From an uncultured Actinomycetes bacterium (GTDB taxonomy: Bacteria; Actinomycetota; Thermoleophilia; Gaiellales; Gaiellaceae): DNA of 64,000 bases. Below the pieces are notes generated by a model. The model saw only the letters and a program-made list of their open reading frames with translations. It was not told the origin of the DNA and made no database searches. This document shows, in pieces, positions 56,222-64,000 of this stretch. The stretch spans positions 5,873 through 69,872 of the forward strand of contig CAWCLA010000004.1 in the NCBI GenBank assembly GCA_963796265.1. The letters run 5' to 3'. Every line of letters starts with the position of its first letter. Position 1 is the first letter of the stretch. Both the position numbers and the translations under genes were made by a program.

Positions 56222-56245
56222 GGAGGCGCAGCCCTCCGCGCCTCC
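56222..56245 (+). terminator. Hairpin downstream of hsp20
   Basis: GGAGGCGC-(8-nt loop)-GCGCCTCC. Confidence 0.4.
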
Positions 56246-56272
56246 GCCTGCCGCACCCAAGGGAGGAAGCCC

Positions 56273-56755
56273 ATGCCACAGACGACTATCCATGCCGCTC
56301 ACCTGAAGCTTCTCGCCGAGCTCGACGCGGCCGGCATCACGTATGCGGTGATTCCCCACCGCCGCACCGAGACGGCAGCGAACGAGGCGCAGGCGCTCGG
56401 CGTGCCCGCCGGCGAGGTGGCGAAGACGATCGTCCTGACCACCCCCGAGGGGTTCGTGCGCGCCGTGCTTCCGGCATCGGAGCGGCTCGATCTCCGCAAG
56501 GTGCGCGACCTGCTCGCCACGAAGGAGGTCGAGTTCGCGACCGAGCAGCAGCTGGCCGGTGCGTTCCCCGACTACGAGCTGGGCGCCGTGCCGCCGCTCG
56601 GCGGCGGCGAGGACGGCGTGCTGCTCGACACACGGCTCGCGGCGAGTGAGACGCTGCTCGTCGAAGCCGGCGTCCATGACACCTCGCTGCGGCTGCGGAC
56701 GGTGGACCTCGTCGCGCACACGCGGGCCTCGGTCGCGGATCTCTGCGACGACTGA
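56273..56755 (+). CDS. YbaK/EbsC-type aminoacyl-tRNA editing domain protein
   Basis: GEVAKTIVLTTPEGFVRAVLPASERLDLRKV..GAVPPLGG. Confidence 0.8.
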   Translation: MPQTTIHAAHLKLLAELDAAGITYAVIPHRRTETAANEAQALGVPAGEVAKTIVLTTPEGFVRAVLPASERLDLRKVRDLLATKEVEFATEQQLAGAFPDYELGAVPPLGGGEDGVLLDTRLAASETLLVEAGVHDTSLRLRTVDLVAHTRASVADLCDD

Positions 56756-56776
56756 CTGTCGCGCCTAGTCGAGAAA

Positions 56777-56800
56777 GGGGGCCCGCTCTCGCGGGCCCCT
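56777..56800. terminator. Bidirectional terminator hairpin between convergent genes
   Basis: GGGGCCCGC-TCTC-GCGGGCCCC followed by TATT. Confidence 0.6.
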
Positions 56801-56964
56801 ATTGACCTTCGTCAGGTCGTGATCGCGTTCGTCCTCTGCTCGCGCCGAAGCTTTTGGATCGGTTCTTCCGTCGGCTTCGCACCGGGCAGATTCGCCCTAC
56901 TGGCGATCCCTATCCCAACGCAAGAACATCTTCCGGCAGGAGGCGCCGAGGCACATCCGGGGAA

Positions 56965-57897
56965 TCACGGATCCGGAGCGACGGCTGCCGGCAGGCGGCT
57001 CGCACGCACGCGCGTGCCGGCGCGTCCGGCCGCAACGTCCGCGAGATCCGACAGGGCGCCGATCATCGCCTCGCCGCCCGTGCGCTCGACGAAGCGGCAG
57101 GCGGCCTCGACCTTCGGCGCCATCGACCCCGAGGCGAACTCGAGCCGCCGCAGCTCGGCGGGTGTCGTGTGCTCGATGGGCGAAGCCTGCGGCGTCCGCC
57201 AGCCGCGCTCGACGTGCGCAACGTCGGTGAGGATGACGAGCCGGTCGGCGTGGAGCTCTTCGGCGAGGAGCGCGGCGGTCAGGTCCTTGTCGATGACCGC
57301 CTCGACGCCGCGCAGCCGGTTGCCCTCGCGCACGACCGGGATTCCTCCGCCGCCGGCACAGACGACGATCGAGCCCCGCTCGAGCAGCGTCTCGACCGCC
57401 TCGAGCTCGACGATGTCGAGCGGTTGCGGCGACGGAACGACGCGGCGGAAGTGCGGGCCGTCGGGTGCCACGTCCCAGCCGTGCTCGGTAGCGGCGAGGC
57501 GTGCCTCGGCCGCCGAGTACACGGGCCCGATCGGCTTCGTCGGCCGCGCGAACGCCGGGTCGTCCGGGTCGACGGCGACTTCGCTCAGCAGCGCGACGAC
57601 GCTCACGTCCGTCTCGGCCCGCAGCGCCTGCACGATGAGATAGCCGATCATCCCCTGGCTCTCGGCGCCGAGGACGTCGAGCGGATACGGCTTCACGGCG
57701 TGGTAGGCCTCCGCCTCGAGCGCGAGCAGCCCCACCTGGGGGCCGTTGCCGTGCGTGACGACCAACTCGTTGCCCTCTGCTAGCCGCGCGAGCGTCGCGG
57801 CGGCGGCCGCGACATTGCGCCGCTGCGTCTCGGCCTCGGCAGGCTCACCCCGCCGGAGCAGGGCATTGCCCCCGAGCGCTACGACGATTCGATCCAC
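56965..57897 (-). CDS. arcC: Carbamate kinase
   Basis: RIVVALGGNALL, VVTHGNGPQVG, VCAGGGGIPV, AVIDKDL and GSMAPKVEA. The GTG start lies 19 nt inside the OTC gene. Confidence 0.9.
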   Translation of the reverse strand: MDRIVVALGGNALLRRGEPAEAETQRRNVAAAAATLARLAEGNELVVTHGNGPQVGLLALEAEAYHAVKPYPLDVLGAESQGMIGYLIVQALRAETDVSVVALLSEVAVDPDDPAFARPTKPIGPVYSAAEARLAATEHGWDVAPDGPHFRRVVPSPQPLDIVELEAVETLLERGSIVVCAGGGGIPVVREGNRLRGVEAVIDKDLTAALLAEELHADRLVILTDVAHVERGWRTPQASPIEHTTPAELRRLEFASGSMAPKVEAACRFVERTGGEAMIGALSDLADVAAGRAGTRVRASRLPAAVAPDP

Positions 57898-58841
57898 GGC
57901 TCGAAACCGTGCGTGAGTGCGAGCAGGAGGGCGGCCTCGGTCGGCATCCGGTTCGCCGACTGCGCCCAGACCGCCGACTGCGGCCCGTCGATGACGGCCG
58001 AGTCCACCTCCTCGCCGCGCTTGGCCGGCAGGCAGTGGAGGAAGATCGCGTCCGGCCGCGCCAGCGCCATGAGCTCCTCCGTCACCTCGTACGGCGCGAG
58101 GATCCGAGCGCGCGCGTCGTGCTCGGCTTCCTCGCCCATCGACGCCCACACGTCCGCGTAGACCGCGTCCGCGCCGGCGATCGCCTCGCGTGGATCCTCG
58201 ACGACCGACAGCGTCGCCCCCGTCGAGCGGGCTAGCTCGCGCGCCTCGCCGAGGATCGCCGGGCTCGGCCCGTACTCGGGCGGGCACGCGATCGCGACGT
58301 CGAGACCGGACAGAGCGCCCGCCTCGAGCAGGGAGTGCGCGACGTTGTCGCCGCCGTCGCCGAGGAAGGCGAGCCGGCGGCCCTCCAGCGCGCCGAAGGC
58401 CTCCCGGATCGTCAGCAGGTCGGCGAGCGCCTGGCACGGATGATGCGCGTCGGAGAGGGCGTTCACGACGGGCACCGTCGCCCAGGCGGCGAGCTCGTCC
58501 ACCGTCTGCTGCGCGAACGTGCGGATGACGATCGCGGCGCAGTAGCCGGACAGCGAGCGGGCGGTGTCGGCGATCGACTCGCCACGCCCGAGTTGGAGCT
58601 CCTGCGGCGAGAGCGAGACCGGCGTCGCGCCCAGCTCCGCCGCAGCGGCCGCGAAGGAGACACGCGTGCGCGTGGAGGGCTTTTCGAAGATGCAGGCGAT
58701 CGTGCGTCCGTGCAGCGCCCCCTCGTACCGCGCGGGCTCGCCCTTCAGGACCGTCGCGAGCTGGAGCAGCCGCACGAGCTCGACCGGGCTGAGGTCCGCT
58801 ACCCGGGTGAAGTGCCGCGTCTTCGTCGCGACGCCCATCAC
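57879..58841 (-). CDS. argF: Ornithine carbamoyltransferase (the anabolic versus catabolic role is not decidable from sequence)
   Basis: KPSTRTR, HPCQALAD, DVWASMG and FLHCLPA. The GTG/ATG start overlaps the upstream stop (GTGATG). Confidence 0.92.
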   Translation of the reverse strand: MMGVATKTRHFTRVADLSPVELVRLLQLATVLKGEPARYEGALHGRTIACIFEKPSTRTRVSFAAAAAELGATPVSLSPQELQLGRGESIADTARSLSGYCAAIVIRTFAQQTVDELAAWATVPVVNALSDAHHPCQALADLLTIREAFGALEGRRLAFLGDGGDNVAHSLLEAGALSGLDVAIACPPEYGPSPAILGEARELARSTGATLSVVEDPREAIAGADAVYADVWASMGEEAEHDARARILAPYEVTEELMALARPDAIFLHCLPAKRGEEVDSAVIDGPQSAVWAQSANRMPTEAALLLALTHGFEPWIESS

Positions 58842-60172
58842 GCAACCACCGGCTCCGCCACCTTCGCCAGGACCGGCGCGAGGACGTCCGCGACGGTCGG
58901 GCGCCCGAGCTCCTCGAGCTCGTACCGGACGTGGCGGAGCGGGTGCCGCGACTCGATCAGGCGACCGAGGTCGATCGGCGTGCCGGTCACCACCACGTCG
59001 CAGTCGACGGCATTGATCGTCTCCTCGAGCTCACGGAGCTGTGCGTCGGAGTACCCCATGGCCGGCAGCACGTTCGTCAGCTGCGGCCACCGTGCGAACA
59101 CCTCCCGTAGCGAGCCGACCGCGTAAGGCCGCGGATCGACGATGCGCGCGGCTCCCGCCCGGCGGGCCGCGACCAGGCCGGCGCCGAAGGGCATCTCGCC
59201 GTGCGTGAGTGTCGGCCCGTCGTCGACGACGAGCACCGTCTTGCCGCGCAGGTCGGGGCCCTCGTCGAGCACCGGCGGCGACTTCGCGAAGACGAGCTGC
59301 GCGAGCGGATTGGCCTCCTGCACGTTCCGGACGACCGTCTCGACGTCGTCCGCGGCTGCCGAGTCGACCTTGTTGAGCACGACGACGTCGGCGAGCCGGA
59401 GGTTCGTCTCCCCCGGGTGGTAGCGGAGCTCGTGGCCCGGGCGCAGCGGGTCGACGACGACGAGCATCAGATCCGGCTTGTAGAACGGGAAGTCGTTGTT
59501 GCCGCCGTCCCAGACGATGACGTCTGCCTCGCCCTCCGCCTGGCGCAGGATCGCCTCGTAGTCGACGCCTGCGTACATGGTCATCCCGAGGCGCACGGGC
59601 TCCTCGTACTCCTCGCGTTCCTCGACCGTCGGATGCGAGGCGTCGATGTCCTCGAGGGTCGCGAACCGCTGCACGCGCATCGCCTCGAGGTCGCCGTAGG
59701 GCATCGGGTGCCGCACGAGCGCGACGCGCAGACCCGCGTCGAGCAGGGCGCGTCCGACCGCGCGGCTCGTCTGGCTCTTGCCGCACCCGGTGCGGACGGC
59801 GCAGACGGCGACGACCGGCTTCGACGAGTGGAGCATCGTGGCCCCGGGGCCGAGGAGCCGGAAGTCGGCGCCGGACGCGAGCACGAGCGACGCCTTGTGC
59901 ATGACCGTCTCGTGCTTGAGGTCCGAGTAGGCGAGGATCACCTCGTCGACGCCGTGCTCGCGGACGAGCTCGGCGAGCTCCTCCTCGGGGCGGATCGGGA
60001 TCCCGTCCGGATAGAGCGGTCCCGCGAGCGCGGGCGGGTAGACCCTGTCCGCGATGCCGGGGATCTGCGTCGCGGTGAAGGCGACGACCTGGGTGTCGGG
60101 GTCGTGGCGGAAGACGACGTTGAAGTCGTGGAAGTCGCGTCCGCCGGCTCCCATGATGACGACCTTGCGCAC
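58838..60172 (-). CDS. P-loop GTPase-like protein of the cyclic-2,3-diphosphoglycerate-synthetase-like family (COG2403-type)
   Basis: Walker A AVRTGCGKSQT and NKxD motif VVLNKVD, in a 444-aa protein. GTG start 6 nt after AAAGGAG. Confidence 0.8.
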   Translation of the reverse strand: MRKVVIMGAGGRDFHDFNVVFRHDPDTQVVAFTATQIPGIADRVYPPALAGPLYPDGIPIRPEEELAELVREHGVDEVILAYSDLKHETVMHKASLVLASGADFRLLGPGATMLHSSKPVVAVCAVRTGCGKSQTSRAVGRALLDAGLRVALVRHPMPYGDLEAMRVQRFATLEDIDASHPTVEEREEYEEPVRLGMTMYAGVDYEAILRQAEGEADVIVWDGGNNDFPFYKPDLMLVVVDPLRPGHELRYHPGETNLRLADVVVLNKVDSAAADDVETVVRNVQEANPLAQLVFAKSPPVLDEGPDLRGKTVLVVDDGPTLTHGEMPFGAGLVAARRAGAARIVDPRPYAVGSLREVFARWPQLTNVLPAMGYSDAQLRELEETINAVDCDVVVTGTPIDLGRLIESRHPLRHVRYELEELGRPTVADVLAPVLAKVAEPVVA

Positions 60173-60290
60173 GGTGAGCTCCTTTCGGCGCCGGCCAGAA
60201 CCGGTCTGGACGCAGGATCGCCCGCACCCGTGCGCACGACTTCCGCGAAAACGCCCGCGGCAGCCGCGGCGAACTACCGATCCCGCCGGA

Positions 60291-61088
60291 TCAGCTCACG
60301 CTGCTGCGGTAGAGGCGCAGCGAGGCGGCGAAGCAGACGAGCAGGATCCCGGCCGCCCAGGCGAGCGACTGCCACACCCAGTGCGCGGCCGGACCGCCCT
60401 CGAGGAGCGCGCGCGCCGCCGCCACCGTGACGCTGAGCGGCTGGTTGCGCGCGAAGCCCTGCAGCCAGCCGGGCATCGTGGCCACCGGTACGACGGCGTT
60501 GCTCGCGAACATGAGAACGAAGAACGGCAGGATCCCGGCGATCTGCGCCGTCTCCGGATCCCTCGTGCCGAGACCGATCGCCACGTACATCCACGAGAAC
60601 GCGTAGCCGAAGGCGACCACGATCGCGAGCCCGGCGAGGATCGACCCGGCGCCGGCGTGGAAGCGGAAGCCGACGGCGAGGCCGAGCCCGACCATGACGC
60701 CGAGCGAGAAGATGCTGCGGCTGAGGTCGGCGAGGGTCCGCCCGGCGAGCACGGCCGACCGGGCCATCGGCAGGCTCCGGAAGCGGTCGACGATGCCGCT
60801 CTGCAGGTCCTGCGCCAGCCCGATCGAGGTCGTCATGCCGCCGATCAGCACCGCCTCGACGAAGACTGCGGGCACGACGTAGTCGACGTAGCGTGCGCCC
60901 GGGATCACGATCGCTCCGCCGAGCACGTAGCGGAAGAGGACGAGCAGCAGCGCCGGCTGGACCGCGGTGACGATCAGCATCAACGGCGTCCGCACGATCC
61001 GCAGCAGGTTCCGCTTCGCGACGCCGAGCGTGTCCCGCACGGCCAGCCGTAGGGTCGGACGCTGCGGCGAGAGCGCGAGGTCGCTCAC
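60291..61088 (-). CDS. ABC-2 type exporter permease (DrrB-like)
   Basis: 265 aa with six hydrophobic segments. The GTG overlaps the ATPase stop (GTGA). Confidence 0.85.
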   Translation of the reverse strand: MSDLALSPQRPTLRLAVRDTLGVAKRNLLRIVRTPLMLIVTAVQPALLLVLFRYVLGGAIVIPGARYVDYVVPAVFVEAVLIGGMTTSIGLAQDLQSGIVDRFRSLPMARSAVLAGRTLADLSRSIFSLGVMVGLGLAVGFRFHAGAGSILAGLAIVVAFGYAFSWMYVAIGLGTRDPETAQIAGILPFFVLMFASNAVVPVATMPGWLQGFARNQPLSVTVAAARALLEGGPAAHWVWQSLAWAAGILLVCFAASLRLYRSSVS

Positions 61089-62053
61089 GCCGCGGCCTCC
61101 TCGGCTCCGGCGGCCGGAGCGCCGGTGAGAGCGAGGAAGACGTCGTCGAGCGAGGGCCGACGGATCCCGAGGTCGTCGAGGCGGATCTGCTCCTCCTGGA
61201 CTCGCAGACCGGCGCGGAGGAGGAACGCGGTGCCGCCGGCGGTGGGGACGCTCACCCGCTGCTGCTCGGCATCGACGTGCGGCGCCGCGCCGGCAAGCTC
61301 GCCGAGAAGCGCGGCCGCGCGGTCGAGGTCGGCGAGGTCGCTCACGCGGGCTTCGAGCCGGTCGCCGCCCAGGCGGTCCTTGAGCTGCTCCGACGTGCCG
61401 TCGGCGATCACGCGCCCGCTGTCGAGCACGACGATGCGCTGCGCGAGCCGCTCCGCCTCCTCCATGTACTGCGTCGTCAGCAGCACCGTCGTCCCCGCCG
61501 CGACGAGCTCCTCGAGGAACCGCCACAGGTCGTTGCGGGTCCGCGGGTCGAGGCCGGTCGTGGGCTCGTCGAGGAAGAGGACGGGAGGGCGGCCGATCAG
61601 GCTCGCGCCGATGTCGAGCCGGCGGCGCATCCCGCCCGAGTACGTCTTGACGAGCCGGTCGCCCGCGTCGGTGAGCGAGAAGCGCTCGAGCGTCTCCTGG
61701 GCGCGGCGGCGGTATTCCGGCTTGTCGAGGTGGTACCAGAGCCCGATCAGCTCGAGGTTCTCCCGGCCCGTCAGCAGCTCGTCGACGGCCGCGTACTGCC
61801 CCGCGAGCCCGATCACCGTTCGCAACGCGCTCGCCTGGGAGACGACGTCGAGCCCGGCGACGGTCGCACGGCCGCGGTCGGGCCGAAGGAGCGTCGTGAG
61901 GACGCGCACGAGCGTCGTCTTGCCCGCCCCGTTCGGGCCGAGCAGGGCAAGGACGCTTCCGCGCGCGCAAGAGAGGCTCACGCCGTCGAGCGCCTGCGTC
62001 GGGCCGAAGCGCTTCGCCACGTCCTCGACCTCGATCATGGCCTCGTCGGGCAC
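61085..62053 (-). CDS. ABC exporter ATP-binding protein (DrrA-like)
   Basis: GPNGAGKTT, YSGGMRRRLDIG and LFLDEPTTGLD. Confidence 0.9.
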   Translation of the reverse strand: MPDEAMIEVEDVAKRFGPTQALDGVSLSCARGSVLALLGPNGAGKTTLVRVLTTLLRPDRGRATVAGLDVVSQASALRTVIGLAGQYAAVDELLTGRENLELIGLWYHLDKPEYRRRAQETLERFSLTDAGDRLVKTYSGGMRRRLDIGASLIGRPPVLFLDEPTTGLDPRTRNDLWRFLEELVAAGTTVLLTTQYMEEAERLAQRIVVLDSGRVIADGTSEQLKDRLGGDRLEARVSDLADLDRAAALLGELAGAAPHVDAEQQRVSVPTAGGTAFLLRAGLRVQEEQIRLDDLGIRRPSLDDVFLALTGAPAAGAEEAAA

Positions 62054-62092
62054 GCGCAGCAGCCTGCCAGCAGGGCCGGAGGTCGAGCCTTT

Positions 62093-62344
62093 CTAGACGC
62101 CGCTCGAGTTGCCGACGCGCAGCCGTGTGGCGCGACGCCTCACCGGCCTGCTGCGCCGCGCGCGGGCGAGCGGTGCGTCCTCGATCTGGACGAGCTCGTC
62201 GCAGAGGGCGTCCGTCGTGCCCGCGTCCGCGGGGCCGGGAATGACGCCACGCTCCTCGAGCCTCCGGTAGAGCGCGTCGATGCGCGCCGCCTGGTGTTCG
62301 ATCCGTGCCTCGAGACGGTCGAGCGATGGGTAGATGCTGCTCAT
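62093..62344 (-). CDS. Possible 83-aa coiled-coil small protein
   Basis: MSSIYPSLDRLEARIEHQAARIDALYRRLEERGVI.. from the internal ATG. There is no clear SD. Confidence 0.3.
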   Translation of the reverse strand: MSSIYPSLDRLEARIEHQAARIDALYRRLEERGVIPGPADAGTTDALCDELVQIEDAPLARARRSRPVRRRATRLRVGNSSGV

Positions 62345-62453
62345 GGCCCATAGTCTTGGCGCCCGGCACGGCGGACACATCGGGAGATTCCGCGGTCCGC
62401 CCGCCATCTTTCCGCAGACGGTGCGGAGCCACGACTCGCGGAGGCGCTACTCG

Positions 62454-63206
62454 CTACGCGCGGACGAGACGCCCGAGCTTCTGGAGCAGCGAGTCGGCGG
62501 GAAGCAGCAGGCCGCGGCCGGCGAATCCGACCATGCGGTCGAGCACCTCCAGGAACTCGGCGCGGAGGTCCGGGAGGCCGCGAAGACCCCACAGCGTCTG
62601 TCCGTTCGTCCAGGCGGCGTCACGCGCGCGGCTCACGTCCCACATCGCGACGACGTCGTCGAGGCGATGGAACCGATGCAGCAGACGATCGAAAGTCCGC
62701 AGCCAGCCGGTGAGATAGAGATCCTTGACCCGCTCCTCGACCTGCGAGAGCAACACGTCGACCTGCTCGAAGTCCGCGTGCTCGGGTGAGGCTGCGAGGA
62801 GATCGAGGCCGAGCTCCTGGCACGTCGCCACGAGCGCGACCGGCAGATCGCGGTTGATGTGCGCATTCATGCCGGCCAGCGCGAACTGGAGCGGGGCGAC
62901 CCCGCGCCGCGATCGCTGCGAGAACAAGGGCACCCACGCCGAGGGCACGTCCGCCGCGCGCCGCTCGTGGGCCGCGAGCGCCGCGAAGAACAGGCCGGCG
63001 AAGCCCACGTCGAGCCGCTCGAGGAAGCGCGCGTCCTCGAACCTCTTCTGCTCGAGCTCGGCGCCGACCTCCTCGGTCACCTGCCGGTACAGGCGGGCGA
63101 AGCACACGACCCCGTCCGAGCGGGGAGCGGAGCCTTCGATCTCGCGCAGCCGCGCCACCACGGCCGGAACGGAATCCGGAAGCGCATCTCCCATGCCGCC
63201 CGACAC
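62454..63206 (-). CDS. DUF5995-like protein
   Basis: FARLYRQVT..FAGLFF..LQFALAGMNAHINRDLPVAL, as I recall this family; function unknown. Confidence 0.6.
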   Translation of the reverse strand: MSGGMGDALPDSVPAVVARLREIEGSAPRSDGVVCFARLYRQVTEEVGAELEQKRFEDARFLERLDVGFAGLFFAALAAHERRAADVPSAWVPLFSQRSRRGVAPLQFALAGMNAHINRDLPVALVATCQELGLDLLAASPEHADFEQVDVLLSQVEERVKDLYLTGWLRTFDRLLHRFHRLDDVVAMWDVSRARDAAWTNGQTLWGLRGLPDLRAEFLEVLDRMVGFAGRGLLLPADSLLQKLGRLVRA

Positions 63207-63293
63207 CTAAGCGAAGCGGCCGGACGCCAGGGCGACGGCCAGGCGAAAGAAGGAGTGGACGGGAGCCCGGGCCGACGGCAACCCCGGGCGGGG

Positions 63294-63392
63294 CTACTTC
63301 TTCGCCTTCTTGGCCTGCCGCTTCTCTTTCAGCGTCTTTTGAGCCGGCTTCTTCTCCATGCTCTTCTTCGCGTTCTTGTCCTTGCTCGCCAT
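63294..63392 (-). CDS. 32-aa lysine-rich microprotein (MASKDKNAKKSMEKKPAQKTLKEKRQAKKAKK)
   Basis: The ATG lies 7 nt after AAGGAGG. TAG stop, followed by a GCCCGGG..CCCGGGC hairpin. It is below the ORF-track cutoff. Confidence 0.45.
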   Translation of the reverse strand: MASKDKNAKKSMEKKPAQKTLKEKRQAKKAKK

Positions 63393-63445
63393 GTGCTGAC
63401 CTCCTTGTGCCCGCGGGTGAGACTGCTAACAACTCGGCTCTCGCT

Positions 63446-63685
63446 TCATGTGCGTCGCGGCTCTGCTGGACGCATCGTCGCGCTTCCATCTTCGTCCACC
63501 TCGACCACGTAGCGTCCGGGATCCGCGCCGCTCGTGAAGCGTCTGAGGCCTTTCGGGCGTCGCGAGACGATCGCGTGGGTGTCGGTGCGGGTCTCGATCA
63601 CGTACCCCTCTTCGACCTTCTGGTCGAGGAACGCGTCGAGGCCCTCCCTGCGTGTGCCAAGAGGATCTACATCACCCACAAGCAT
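63446..63685 (-). CDS. Hypothetical small protein (79 aa from the internal ATG; the longest ORF reaches 63775)
   Basis: ..FLDQKVEEGYVIETRTDTHAIVSRRPKG..YVVEVDEDGS.. Moderate GC3. The start is uncertain. Confidence 0.35.
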   Translation of the reverse strand: MLVGDVDPLGTRREGLDAFLDQKVEEGYVIETRTDTHAIVSRRPKGLRRFTSGADPGRYVVEVDEDGSATMRPAEPRRT

Positions 63686-63805
63686 GAGTATCGCAAGCCA
63701 GGGGTGCTGGGCTGGGCCAGTGTTCCGGAATGCCACCGGGGGCGCGAGCCGGACCCGATGCCGAGCGGAAGGCATGCGTGATCGCGAACGTGCTGTGCAT
63801 CGGCG

Positions 63806-64000
63806 CTAGGTCTCGTCCGGCTTGTGATCCGCGGCGGGCTCGGGGCTGAAGATCTCGACGATCACTCCGAGATCCTGCTCTGTCGGCAGGTACGCGACCC
63901 TGATGCCGGGGCCGAACGTGCCGCTGAGAACCGGCTCTTGGCCTTTCTCCGCGATGTCCGCAAGTGCCTGGTCGAAGTTCGTCGGAGCGACCGCGATGTG
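63806..64000 (-). CDS. VOC (glyoxalase/bleomycin-resistance fold) protein, C-terminal fragment cut by the window edge
   Basis: The reverse translation ends ..GPGIRVAYLPTEQDLGVIVEIFSPEPAADHKPDET, with the stop at 63806-63808. Confidence 0.5.
   Translation of the reverse strand, partial: HIAVAPTNFDQALADIAEKGQEPVLSGTFGPGIRVAYLPTEQDLGVIVEIFSPEPAADHKPDET

Noticed and set aside
56965-60172. A classical arcABC arginine deiminase operon.
   Set aside because: No arginine deiminase or arginine/ornithine antiporter gene is present. The first gene is a P-loop NKxD protein, so I reported the locus as a variant instead.

Overview
This is a very GC-rich chromosomal segment in which third codon positions are almost always G/C. 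The gene content includes F420-linked enzymes, an Rpf-like transglycosylase, gatCAB, DUF4097 and DUF5995. That content suggests a high-GC Actinomycetota genome, possibly Thermoleophilia- or Rubrobacteria-like; this is inference only. I found no rRNA, CRISPR array, transposase or integrase. There is one tRNA, tRNA-Cys(GCA).

Most of the window is densely packed housekeeping and catabolic genes, many joined by ATGA/GTGA start-stop overlaps:
- serA plus a class V aminotransferase
- gatC-gatA-(small ORF)-gatB, then csp and folD
- tdh-kbl and asnA
- a putrescine/GABA cluster (gabT, potABCD-like ABC transporter, aminoaldehyde dehydrogenase)
- dihydropyrimidinase with an M20 carbamoylase, next to F420-type enzymes
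- agmatinase and mmsA
- PBP2, hsp20 and a DrrAB-like exporter
- an arc-like operon (P-loop GTPase, OTC, carbamate kinase)

The regions I would look at again:
1. A tightly linked pair of a soluble HMG-CoA-reductase-like gene and a LanC-like gene, with no mevalonate genes and no visible precursor peptide.
2. A 1340-aa secreted protein with six tandem Cys-bracketed Ig-like repeats (four nearly identical at DNA level), two DUF11 domains and a Lys-rich tail.
3. An arc-like operon headed by a cDPG-synthetase-like NKxD GTPase instead of arginine deiminase.
4. An 86-aa ORF translationally coupled inside gatCAB.
5. A zinc-ribbon/cyclase/STAND/TPR giant protein.
6. Several strongly supported microproteins that fall below the ORF-track cutoff.

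Many long Arg/Ala/Pro/Gly-rich ORFs in the track are off-frame or antisense artefacts of the high GC content, and I ignored them.
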